Source: Desulfobulbus propionicus DSM 2032
Lineage (GTDB): Bacteria > Desulfobacterota > Desulfobulbia > Desulfobulbales > Desulfobulbaceae
Direction: 5' to 3'
DNA: 32,000 nt
Assembly (NCBI RefSeq): GCF_000186885.1
Contig: NC_014972.1
Coordinates: 1,860,001 to 1,892,000, forward strand
In this document: positions 18,341 to 26,638 of the stretch, in pieces
Layout: each line of letters begins with the position of its first letter
How positions within the stretch are numbered: the stretch's first letter is position 1
Program-made: the position numbers and the translations under genes
The notes under the pieces: generated by a model
Databases searched by the model: none
What the model saw: only the letters and a program-made list of their open reading frames with translations
Told to the model about the DNA's origin: nothing

Positions 18341-19522
18341 TTACAGCGCGGCGGTGTAGATCGCCTTGACGTCGGCGTCTTTCGGGCAGCGCGGGTTGGT
18401 CAGACCGCAGGCATCCTTCTGGGCATTGGCCACCATGGTGTCGATGTCGGAGGCCTTGACTTCCTTGCCATACTTCTTGCCCAGCTCGATCAGGCCAGCC
18501 GGGATGCCGATGTCGGCGGACAGCTTGCGGATAGCCACCAGGGCCAGCTCGGCGGCGTCGCGCGGGGCCAGACCAGCGGTGTTCTCGCCCATCAGCTCGG
18601 CGATCTTGACAAAGCGGTCCATCTTGGCGATTAGGTTGAACTTCTCCACATGGGGCAGGAGAATGGCGTTGCACTCGCCGTGCGGCAAGTCATAGAAACC
18701 GCCCAGCTGATGGGCCATGGCATGGACGTGACCCAGGCTGGCGTTGTTGAAGGCCATGCCGGCCAGATACTGGGCAAAACACATGCCTTCGCGGGCTTCG
18801 ATGTCCTGGCCATTGGCCACGGCCGGACGCAGGTACTTGGCGATCAGCTCGATGGCCTTCTCGGCGGCGGAGTCGGTCATCGGGGTGGCGATGGTGGACA
18901 CATAGGCCTCGACCGCGTGGGTGAGGGCGTCCATGCCGGTGGCGGCGGTCAGTGCCGGCGGCATGCCAACCATGAGCATCGGATCGTCGACGGCGATGCC
19001 GGGGGTGACGCGCCAGTCAACGATGGCCATCTTCACGTGACGGGAGGTGTCGGTGATGATGCAGAAGCGGGTCATCTCCGAGGCGGTGCCGGCGGTGGTG
19101 TTGACCGCCAGGTAGGGGGGCATGGGCTTGGAGGATTTGTCCACGCCCTCGTAGTCATGGATCTTGCCGCCGTTGGCGACCACCAGGCCAACGCCCTTGC
19201 CGCAGTCATGGGAAGAACCGCCGCCGAGGGTGATCAGGGAGTCGCAGTTCTCTTTCTTGTAGATGTCGACGCCGTCATGCACGTTCTTGTCGGTGGGATT
19301 GGGGATCGTTTCGTCATAGACCACGTAGGCCATGCCCGCGGCTTCCAGCAGGTCGGTGATCTGTTTGGTGATGCCGGCACCGGTGATGCCCTTGTCGGTG
19401 ACGATCAACGGCTTGGAACCGCCGAGGGCCTTGATTTTGTCCGGGATCTGCTTGGCGGCGCCAATGCCGATCAGGGTTACAGAGGGAATGAAATAACCGT
19501 AGACTTGTTCACGAACTGCCAT
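18341..19522 (-). CDS. Iron-containing (type III) alcohol dehydrogenase
   Basis: 393 aa from MAVREQVYGYF; SLITLGGGSSHDCGKGVGL; AVNTTAGTASEMTRF; GMDALTHAVEAYVS; ASLGHVHAMAHQLGGFYDLPHGECNAILLP (metal-binding His). AAGGATG RBS. Confidence 0.95.
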   Translation of the reverse strand: MAVREQVYGYFIPSVTLIGIGAAKQIPDKIKALGGSKPLIVTDKGITGAGITKQITDLLEAAGMAYVVYDETIPNPTDKNVHDGVDIYKKENCDSLITLGGGSSHDCGKGVGLVVANGGKIHDYEGVDKSSKPMPPYLAVNTTAGTASEMTRFCIITDTSRHVKMAIVDWRVTPGIAVDDPMLMVGMPPALTAATGMDALTHAVEAYVSTIATPMTDSAAEKAIELIAKYLRPAVANGQDIEAREGMCFAQYLAGMAFNNASLGHVHAMAHQLGGFYDLPHGECNAILLPHVEKFNLIAKMDRFVKIAELMGENTAGLAPRDAAELALVAIRKLSADIGIPAGLIELGKKYGKEVKASDIDTMVANAQKDACGLTNPRCPKDADVKAIYTAAL

Positions 19523-19616
19523 AATGAAACCATCCTTTTGTAGTGTTAGGGTTCCTCTCGTCCTACCTAAAATTCCTGCCTCTCTTTGGTACCAATGAAA
19601 CGCGTACCCTTCTAAA

Positions 19617-19632
19617 GGCAAAGGGTGTGCCA
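19617..19632 (-). promoter_or_regulatory. sigma54 (RpoN) -24/-12 promoter for the Fe-ADH gene
   Basis: Minus strand TGGCACACCCTTTGCC: TGGCAC-N5-TTGC, 6/6 and 4/4 match with canonical spacing, about 95 nt upstream of the ATG. Confidence 0.85.
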
Positions 19633-19650
19633 TGATAAAAATATATTATT

Positions 19651-19755
19651 TTCAACAGGTTGAACCCGGTTTTTCCGGAGCGGAACTTTCCATAACCGAC
19701 TAAAAGCGACAGGTGAAGAAAACAGCGTGTCAGGATGCCCCGGTCAACGGACACG
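19651..19755. promoter_or_regulatory. Cluster of inverted repeats upstream of the sigma54 promoter (candidate enhancer-binding-protein sites)
   Basis: TTCAACAGGTTGAA 19651-19664; TTCCGgagCGGAA 19673-19685; CGTGTC 19726-19731 / GACACG 19750-19755. Confidence 0.35.
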
Positions 19756-20113
19756 GCTGGCTAAAACGACTCAGCACAGCAATGACGGTCAGCGAACGGG
19801 CAAACGAGGCGCAACGAGACAATCTGTCTGTGTCTTGGTGGAAAAGAAGAGGAGAAGGGGAATAAAACAAACAGACTTGGATAATATATTCGTAAAATCT
19901 ATATGTTATCCGCATTGGGTCAAAAAGTTACAGTAAAAAGAAGGGAAGGGGCAGAATGACCGGGTGAGGTAAAAACGCTGATTTCAGCGACGAGAAAGTG
20001 CGAAATATTTTGCTGTTTATGTAGGAAAACCATGGAGTTGCTTTTCTTTCTCTCCCTAGTGTGGTAGGACAAAGCCATTCGTTAACCCTTTTCTTTATTT
20101 TATTGAGCGCATC

Positions 20114-20722
20114 ATGTGTACTTCCCCTTCCTATCCGCAACTGACCCTGGCCTTACCGCCCTCCGCACTGACCGGATTCGCTTCCCTCCTGCAGCACGGC
20201 ATCCTCTTTCCGGTGGAGCGGCCGGCGGCCGTTCTGCCCTTTCTTCTTGCCCTGCCCGGTTTCAGCGCTGATTACATCGAAAACACGGTGCAGACCATTT
20301 TCATCAACGGCGTGGCGGCCGACAGCCTGGACCGCGATCTCGGTCCAGGTTCCACCCTGGCGCTGTCTGCCGCCATGCCCGGTCTGGCCGGGGCCATTTT
20401 TCGCCGCCAGGGCGTGCATGGCAGCCTGCGCAGTCGGCCAGCGACAACCAAGTCCTCCGTTGCCACCGATTCGGGTTTTATCACCCTCAAACTGTTCAAC
20501 TCCATTGCCACCGACCGGGTGCAGGATCTGCTGAGCATGGGATTTCTAGTGTCCGGCAAGGCGCTGCACGATTTTGCCGCCATGCGGGAGGCGTTATTTC
20601 AACCGCCGACGGTGGCCACACTCGATGGCAAGGCCGTGGACCACGCCGAGTTGCTGCGCCTTGCCGCTGCCTGCCCGATGTTGATGGTGCGAAACGTGGC
20701 CGAGCCAATGGCCACCCCCTAA
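20114..20722 (+). CDS. Conserved-looking protein of unknown function, possible beta-grasp (MoaD/ThiS-like) segment
   Basis: 202 aa, divergent from adh/mop; segment ENTVQTIFINGVAADSLDRDLGPGSTLALSAAMPGLAGAIFRRQG; weak RBS. Confidence 0.6.
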   Translation: MCTSPSYPQLTLALPPSALTGFASLLQHGILFPVERPAAVLPFLLALPGFSADYIENTVQTIFINGVAADSLDRDLGPGSTLALSAAMPGLAGAIFRRQGVHGSLRSRPATTKSSVATDSGFITLKLFNSIATDRVQDLLSMGFLVSGKALHDFAAMREALFQPPTVATLDGKAVDHAELLRLAAACPMLMVRNVAEPMATP

Positions 20723-20788
20723 AATAGGGGTTGCAATCTTGGTTGGCGCGGGCAACTATGGTATTGAATCCTTGATGGAAGGAGGCGC

Positions 20789-20883
20789 GGTGGGGACACC
20801 CGCGCGGGTGAACCGCTCGCCGTGCGTACCTTGAGAAGGGTGCACGGCGCGTAATTGCGGATGCCCTGTAAAGTGTCACCACC
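20789..20883 (+). ncRNA. Candidate structured leader RNA upstream of the cytidylate-kinase-like gene
   Basis: Outer stem GGTGGGGACAC (20789-20799)/GTGTCACCACC (20873-20883), 10/11 pairs; CCGC 20813-20816/GCGG 20857-20860; CGCCGTGC 20818-20825/GCACGGCG 20842-20849; alternative hairpin CACCCGCGCGGGTG 20797-20810. Confidence 0.4.
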
Positions 20884-20972
20884 GGTGTCGAGCCGATTGA
20901 CCGTTTGTTTACGATCATTCCTGACCGGGCGCTCAGTCGGTTTTCCCATTCCCTTTACAATGGAGAGATTTT

Positions 20973-21809
20973 ATGCCTATTGTCACCATCTCACGCGGTT
21001 CGTACAGCCGAGGCAAGGACGTCGCTGAACAGCTGGCCCGGAAGTTACATTACGACTGCGTTTCCCGGGAGATTCTTCTGGAAGCATCCGAAGAGTTCAA
21101 TATCCCCGAAATCAGCCTTGTTCGCGCCATCCACGATTCACCTTCCATCCTGGAACGCTTCCGCCACGGCAAGGAGCGGTATATCAGTTATTACCAGTAC
21201 GCCTTGCTCAAACATGTGCAAAAAGACAATGTCATTTATCATGGTTTGGCCGGGCAGTATTTTCTCCGGTCGATCCCCCATGTCCTCAAGGTGCGCATCC
21301 TGGCCAGCATGGAAGACCGGGTCAAGGAAGTCATGCGGCGGGATCAGGTATCACGGCAGGACGCCGAACATCGGCTGCGAACCGATGACGAGGAGCGCCG
21401 TCGGTGGGGACTCAAGTTGTACGGCATCGATACCTGGGACAGTCGGTTGTACGACATTGTTTTGTTGATTGACAAGTTAACCGTCGACGACGCGGCGGAC
21501 TTGATCATGGAAACCGTGAAAAAACCGGTGTTTCAGACAACCGCCGAAGCGCAGCGGATCCTTGACGATCAGGTCTTGTGCGCGAAAATCCATGCCATGC
21601 TGGTAAACTTCTCCCTGATGATCGAGGTGCAGGCCCACGACGGCGTCATCACGCTGTGCAACATCGGCGAAGTCCTGCGCTCGGATGAAGGCCTGCGGAC
21701 GAAGATTGAAGGAATGATCAAGGATATCGAGGGGGTGAAAGAGATAGAGTTCACCGAGAAATCGTGTGCCAAACGGGACCATGTCAATCCTTTTTACAAT
21801 ATTGGCTAG
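20973..21809 (+). CDS. Cytidylate kinase-like (AAK/P-loop) family protein
   Basis: MPIVTISRGSYSRGKDVAEQLARKLHYDCVSREILLEAS...; RBS GGAGAG; C-terminal extension DGVITLCNIGEVLRSDEGLRTKIEGMIKDIEGVKEIEF. Confidence 0.8.
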   Translation: MPIVTISRGSYSRGKDVAEQLARKLHYDCVSREILLEASEEFNIPEISLVRAIHDSPSILERFRHGKERYISYYQYALLKHVQKDNVIYHGLAGQYFLRSIPHVLKVRILASMEDRVKEVMRRDQVSRQDAEHRLRTDDEERRRWGLKLYGIDTWDSRLYDIVLLIDKLTVDDAADLIMETVKKPVFQTTAEAQRILDDQVLCAKIHAMLVNFSLMIEVQAHDGVITLCNIGEVLRSDEGLRTKIEGMIKDIEGVKEIEFTEKSCAKRDHVNPFYNIG

Positions 21810-21851
21810 GAACGCAAAACCGATCCAGGTGAACGGCGCGGCGTAACGCCC

Positions 21852-21878
21852 GGGGGAGCGGGAGTGCTCCCCGTTTTT
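21852..21878 (+). terminator. Rho-independent terminator of the cytidylate-kinase-like gene
   Basis: GGGGAGC-gggagt-GCTCCCC-GTTTTT. Confidence 0.8.
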
Positions 21879-22255
21879 CGCCCGCTCTTTTTCGGATTCG
21901 GCGCTTTCTTTCACCGCACCTCCAGAGAGGGGAAGCGCCGATCACGCCCACCGTTGTCGGTCCATGTGGACCGTGACCGGCAGACAAGCAAACCGTCAGG
22001 ATCAATCCTTTCGTCGCGGGGCGTACAGAAAGCCCCAATCGCCTCAACCACAGACCACCCCGTCCCGCTGGACAGGGTTTCCTCATAGGGGTTCTTTGCG
22101 CATCCCCGTCATCCGTCTTTCCAGCTCCTCGCAAACCGCTCATTCCACGGCGGCCCTTTAGATCGTATTTCGTTGAATGTGTGTACAGGCAAAAACGAGA
22201 ATCGCTCAGATCCAACGGGGAGTCCACATTGCGCCAGCCTTGGTTTTCTTTTCTT

Positions 22256-22324
22256 CCTCGAAAAATTAAGCGCGAAACCTCGTAATTTTGCGAGTTGTTG
22301 ACCAGGTCCCTTTTTCTTTAAATG
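22256..22324 (+). repeat. Copy A of a roughly 70-bp intergenic repeat with hairpin, upstream of trxB
   Basis: CCTCGaaaaattaagcgcgaaaCCTCGTAATTTTGCGAGTTGTTGaccAGGtCCctttttcttTaaATG; hairpin CTCGTAA-tt-TTGCGAG at 22279-22294. Confidence 0.75.
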
Positions 22325-22459
22325 ACCACCACGAACAAAGGCGCACCTATCTGCAGCCGGCGAGAATGACCCGCAGACAGGTCTCAAGATATCCCCGTGT
22401 CACAGGGGACACTTCCATCACACGATTTTTGGCCGCGCAGGCGGTCAGGGAGGCAATTC

Positions 22460-23389
22460 ATGGAGAATATCTACGATGTCGTCATCGTCGGCGCCGGGCC
22501 TGCCGGCATGACCGCGGCCATCTATGCCATCCGGGCCAACATGAGGGTCTTGATGCTCGATCGGCTCTCACCGGGCGGACAGATGATCAACACCAACGAG
22601 ATCGAAAACTACACCGGTGCCGGTAAACTGAGCGGCGCCGAGCTGGCGATCAAGATGTTCGAACACACTCAGGAATTGGGGGTGGAATTCGACTACAAGA
22701 CTGTGATCGACATCAGCAACGGCGGTCCGCTCAAGACCCTCACCTGTGAAGAGGACAACACCGTCTACCAAGCGCGGGCGGTCATTCTCGCCACCGGTAC
22801 CGTGCCCCGGCGGCTCGGCGTGCCCGGCGAGGATCAGTGGGCCGGCTCCGGCATCAGCTGGTGCGCCATCTGCGACGGCGCCCAGTATCGCGACAAGGAG
22901 GTGGTGGTCATCGGCGGCGGCAACTCGGCGGTCGAGGAGTCCATCTACCTGGCCGGCATCTGCACCAAGTTGACCATCGTCACCATGTTCGACCTGACCG
23001 CCGACCCCAAGGCCTGCGACCAGCTGCGCAGGATGGCCAACGTCACCATTTACCCTTATCAGGAAGTGCTGGAGTTCACCGGCGAGGACCGTCTCACCGG
23101 CGTGCGCTTCAAATCGACCAAGGAAGACGCCACCGAGCGCTACGTGTCCTGTGACGGCGTGTTCGAGTACATCGGCTTTCAAGCCTCTTCCCAGGCCTTT
23201 GCCAAGCTCGGCATCGTCGACCGCACCGGCTGCATCGAAACCGATGCCCGCATGCGCACCAAGGTCCCGGGCATCTTCGGTGCCGGCGACATCACCGTCA
23301 AACATCTGCGCCAGATCGTCACCGCCTGTTCCGATGGCGCGGTGGCGGCCAACAGCGCAGCCTCCTACGTCGAATCCCTTAAACAGTGA
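22460..23389 (+). CDS. trxB: Thioredoxin-disulfide reductase
   Basis: MENIYDVVIVGAGPAGMTAAIYAIRANMRVLML; GISWCAICDGAQYRDKEVVVIGGGNSAVEESIYLA; IFGAGDI. Confidence 0.95.
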   Translation: MENIYDVVIVGAGPAGMTAAIYAIRANMRVLMLDRLSPGGQMINTNEIENYTGAGKLSGAELAIKMFEHTQELGVEFDYKTVIDISNGGPLKTLTCEEDNTVYQARAVILATGTVPRRLGVPGEDQWAGSGISWCAICDGAQYRDKEVVVIGGGNSAVEESIYLAGICTKLTIVTMFDLTADPKACDQLRRMANVTIYPYQEVLEFTGEDRLTGVRFKSTKEDATERYVSCDGVFEYIGFQASSQAFAKLGIVDRTGCIETDARMRTKVPGIFGAGDITVKHLRQIVTACSDGAVAANSAASYVESLKQ

Positions 23390-23421
23390 CCTCTTTCCCC
23401 ATAGCCAAGGAGCAACCAGCC

Positions 23422-23730
23422 ATGATCACCGAAATCACCGAAAAAGAGTACGAGTCGCTCGATCACGCCGCCCCCAAGCTGATCGAGTTCTATTCCAAGA
23501 CCTGCGGGCCGTGCAAGATGCTCTCCTTCGTCCTCAAGGACATAGCCAAGCAGAAGCCCGAGTTCCCCATCTACATCATCGATTTCGACGAGAATCGGGA
23601 CCTGAAGGAACGCCTCGGCGTCAAGGGCTTTCCCACCATGCTGTTCTTCAAGGACGGCACCGAGGCCAGCCGCCTGGAAGGCCTCAAGCAAAAACCCGCC
23701 ATCATCAAAGCGATCGAAGCGATCGCCTGA
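23422..23730 (+). CDS. Thioredoxin-like protein
   Basis: 102 aa, LIEFYSKTCGPCKMLSFVLKDIA; LGVKGFPTMLFFKDG (cis-Pro); 32 nt downstream of trxB. Confidence 0.92.
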   Translation: MITEITEKEYESLDHAAPKLIEFYSKTCGPCKMLSFVLKDIAKQKPEFPIYIIDFDENRDLKERLGVKGFPTMLFFKDGTEASRLEGLKQKPAIIKAIEAIA

Positions 23731-23743
23731 CAAGGAGCCTGTC

Positions 23744-25627
23744 ATGAGCACAAAAGTCCGTTATATCAGCGAGGATCACCTCATCACCCGCCAGAATCGC
23801 GCCGAAAAAGAATTTCTCGCCGCCTTCCAGACCGAGCAGCCAACCTTCGGGCAGCCCAAGGTGGTGGTCAACCCCTACCTGATCAATCCGCTCTGCGCCC
23901 TGGTGCTGTTCACCACCCCGACTCCCGTGGCCCCGACCCTCACCGTCCACGGCAAACGCTATGAGCGCGAGAACCTCACCCACACCTTCAAGGCGGCCAC
24001 CGAGCACATCCTGCCCGTGCTCGGCCTCTACGAGGACTTCGCCAACACCGTGACCGTCAGCCTGCCGGGCGGCGAAACCACCACCCTGACCATCCAGACC
24101 GGCAAGCTGCCCGGCGACGTGTGCCGCTGCCTCAACATCCAGGCCTCGCTCGACTATCTCGGCGACAACCTCATGTTCCTCACCCCGGCCGGCAAGAATC
24201 TGCCCGTCGCCTACGATTACAAGGGCGATATCCGCTGGATGCTCACCGAGAACACCATGTTCGACATCAAGCGGGTGCGAAACGGCAACATCGTCACCGG
24301 CTCCAGCCGCTTCTGCCACATGCCCTACAACTGCACCGGTCTGATCGAGATCAACCTCTTGGGCAAGATCTACAAGGAATACCGCATGCCGGGCAACTAC
24401 CACCACGACCACTTCGAGATGGAGGACGGCAACCTCCTCGCCCTCACCCAGGACTTCTTCCGCGACACGGTGGAGGACATGTGCGTGCTGCTCGACCGCA
24501 ACACCGGCGAGATCCTCAAAACCTGGGACTACCGCGATGCACTGCCCATGGACGTGGCCGGCTCCGGCTCGCAGGACGCCCATGACTGGTTCCACAACAA
24601 CGCCGTCTGGTACGACAAGCGCACCCACAGCCTGACCCTGTCCGGCCGGCATCAGGACGCGGTGATCAACCTCGACTACGAGACCGGCAAGCTCAACTGG
24701 ATCATCGGCGACCCGGAAGGCTGGCCGCAAGACATGGTCGACAAGTACTTCTTCAAGCCGGTGGGCGACCTGTCCAAATTCGACTGGCAGTACGAGCAGC
24801 ACGCCTGCGTGGTCTGCCCGAACGGCGACGTGATGTGCTTCGACAACGGCCAGTACCGCGCCAAGTCCAAGGAGAACTACATCGAGAACCGCAACAACTT
24901 CTCCCGCGGCGTCCGCTACCGCATCGACACCGACAAGATGGAGATCGAGCAGATCTGGCAGTACGGCAAGGAGCGCGGCCAGGAGTTCTTCAGCCCCTAC
25001 ATCTGCAACGTCGAGTACTATGACGAGGGGCACTACATGATCCATTCCGGCGGCATTGGCCGCGAGGACGGCTACGCCGCCAAGGCGCTCGGACCCTTCC
25101 TCAACGCCGACGCCCCGAACGTGGAACTGCGCTCGATCACCGTCGAGGAAAAAGACGGCGTGGTCCTCTACCAGCTGGAAACCGAAGGCAACTTCTACCG
25201 GGCCGAGAAACTGCCGCTCTACCACGGCGGCGACAACCTGGTGCTCGGCGACGGCAAGTTGCTCGGCAGCCTGGAAGTGACCGAAGAGTTCGACACCGTG
25301 CCCGAGGCGGAGGAGGTATTTACCCTGCCGTCCTCTTTTCATAACATCTTCATCGAGGAAGACGAGGACCGGTTCGTCTTCCACGGCCGGTTCGAGAAGG
25401 GCACCCTGGCCATGCTCTGTCTGGAGAACGAGAAGGAGAGCCACAACTACTTCCTCAATACCTCGGCCACCTGGCATCTGGCGATGTGCTCCGGCGCCTT
25501 TCTGGAAAAGGACGAGCGGGACATCAAGATGCATGTGAGCAAGCTGGGCCTCAGCGGGGTGTTCAAGGTCAAGTTGATCATCAATGACAAGAAGTACCAG
25601 ACCGGGGTGACCATCTGCTGTTCATGA
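23744..25627 (+). CDS. Arylsulfotransferase (AssT-like) with no recognisable signal peptide
   Basis: 627 aa; DAHDWFHNNAVWYDKRTHSLTLSGRHQDAVINLDYETGKLNWIIGDPEGW; HACVVCPNGDVMCFDNGQYR; beta-propeller-like NGNIVTGSSRF motifs. Confidence 0.88.
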   Translation: MSTKVRYISEDHLITRQNRAEKEFLAAFQTEQPTFGQPKVVVNPYLINPLCALVLFTTPTPVAPTLTVHGKRYERENLTHTFKAATEHILPVLGLYEDFANTVTVSLPGGETTTLTIQTGKLPGDVCRCLNIQASLDYLGDNLMFLTPAGKNLPVAYDYKGDIRWMLTENTMFDIKRVRNGNIVTGSSRFCHMPYNCTGLIEINLLGKIYKEYRMPGNYHHDHFEMEDGNLLALTQDFFRDTVEDMCVLLDRNTGEILKTWDYRDALPMDVAGSGSQDAHDWFHNNAVWYDKRTHSLTLSGRHQDAVINLDYETGKLNWIIGDPEGWPQDMVDKYFFKPVGDLSKFDWQYEQHACVVCPNGDVMCFDNGQYRAKSKENYIENRNNFSRGVRYRIDTDKMEIEQIWQYGKERGQEFFSPYICNVEYYDEGHYMIHSGGIGREDGYAAKALGPFLNADAPNVELRSITVEEKDGVVLYQLETEGNFYRAEKLPLYHGGDNLVLGDGKLLGSLEVTEEFDTVPEAEEVFTLPSSFHNIFIEEDEDRFVFHGRFEKGTLAMLCLENEKESHNYFLNTSATWHLAMCSGAFLEKDERDIKMHVSKLGLSGVFKVKLIINDKKYQTGVTICCS

Positions 25628-25697
25628 TCATAGCGTAGCCTCACCTCCTGCCCCCGGGCAGAAGAGATCACCCCGGTTACCGGCCGGGCGCGGGATC

Positions 25698-25756
25698 GCG
25701 GCAAACACAACCGCTCTTCCGCGCCTTGCGCAGTGCCGGGGTGTTTTGTTTGCCGC
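25698..25756 (+). repeat. Inverted repeat / possible 3' hairpin of the trxB-trx-assT unit
   Basis: GCGGCAAACA (25698-25707) / TGTTTGCCGC (25747-25756), inner GCGC-ctt-GCGC. Confidence 0.5.
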
Positions 25757-25921
25757 CACAACCAGTGGTGACCGGGAAGAGGCGGAGGCGGGTGAGAAAA
25801 CCGTCAAAAAAACATGCGGTAAAATAGCGTTGCCCTGTTGCGATACGGGTGTATCATGCGTTCCGTACACGGCACTGTTTGTTGAGCCTGCGTGCGCGGG
25901 AGAATGAACGAGGAGAGACGC

Positions 25922-26281
25922 ATGAATCAGTTCCTTTTTGTCTATGGCACGCTCAAACAGGGCTTCCCCAATCATTCCCTGATGAAAGGAGCCTATTGTA
26001 TCGGTGCCGGTCATACCGCCCGGAAATTCGCCATGTACAAGCACGTCGTCCCCTACGTGATCAAGGGCCAGGCCGTGACCCACATCCATGGCGAAGTCTA
26101 CTCCATCCACCCCTCCATGCTGGAGACATTGGATCTGTTTGAAGGCAATCCGGTGTGGAATTGCCGCGAGCTGGTGGATGTGGTCCTTGATGCCGATGCA
26201 TCGCAGGTATCGGCGTGGATGTACTTCAGCGATACCGCCGTAGGTGATTTGGTCGAATCCGGCGTGTACACCAGAGACTGA
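25922..26281 (+). CDS. Gamma-glutamylcyclotransferase-like (AIG2/YtfP) family protein
   Basis: MNQFLFVYGTLKQGFPNHSLMKGAYCIGAGHTARKFAMY...VHGEVYSI (YGTLxxG motif); GAGGAGAG RBS. Confidence 0.88.
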   Translation: MNQFLFVYGTLKQGFPNHSLMKGAYCIGAGHTARKFAMYKHVVPYVIKGQAVTHIHGEVYSIHPSMLETLDLFEGNPVWNCRELVDVVLDADASQVSAWMYFSDTAVGDLVESGVYTRD

Positions 26282-26483
26282 TCATCACATCCAAGCCGAG
26301 TTTCTCGGCACGCTTTCCGAACGACCGCCACCACGAGCTGTTTTCGCACCGCTGTCGGTGGTGCGTGCCGCTTGCCCACCCGATCCCCAATCAATTGGCC
26401 GGCCTCATCCCTTGCTCCGGCACACTCCCCGTTCCCTTCGCCCCAGCCCCTGCTTCCCTTGTTGGGCATCGCATGATCGCCCA

Positions 26484-26553
26484 CCTCGTAAGATGAAGTC
26501 CAAAACCTCGTAAGTTTGCGAGTTGTTGGCAAGGCCGCTTTTTCTTTTAATGC
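26484..26553 (+). repeat. Copy B of the roughly 70-bp intergenic repeat, upstream of the MFS gene
   Basis: CCTCGtaagatgaagtccaaaaCCTCGTAAGTTTGCGAGTTGTTGgcAAGGccgCTTTTTCTTTTAATG; hairpin CTCGTAA-gt-TTGCGAG at 26507-26522. Confidence 0.75.
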
Positions 26554-26638
26554 CCGACACGCACAGAACAGCCGACCGGTGTGGCCGGCCCCGGCATCGA
26601 TCACGGATTTGATCCCCACAACAAGGAGCGAGGAACTC

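Noticed and set aside
19523-20113. AT-rich spacer as a mobile element or missed gene
   Set aside because: No transposase, terminal repeats or credible ORF; short ORFs here lack motifs and RBS. Better explained as a divergent regulatory region.
20797-20860. Resemblance of AACCGCTCGCCGTGCG...GTGCACGGCG to the region near group II intron domain IV
   Set aside because: No reverse transcriptase/maturase ORF, no recognisable domain V/VI or GUGYG start; kept only as an unknown structured RNA candidate.
23705-25534. 609-aa minus-strand ORF opposite assT
   Set aside because: Low-complexity, His/Asp/Val-rich translation with no motif; shadow of the AssT-like CDS.
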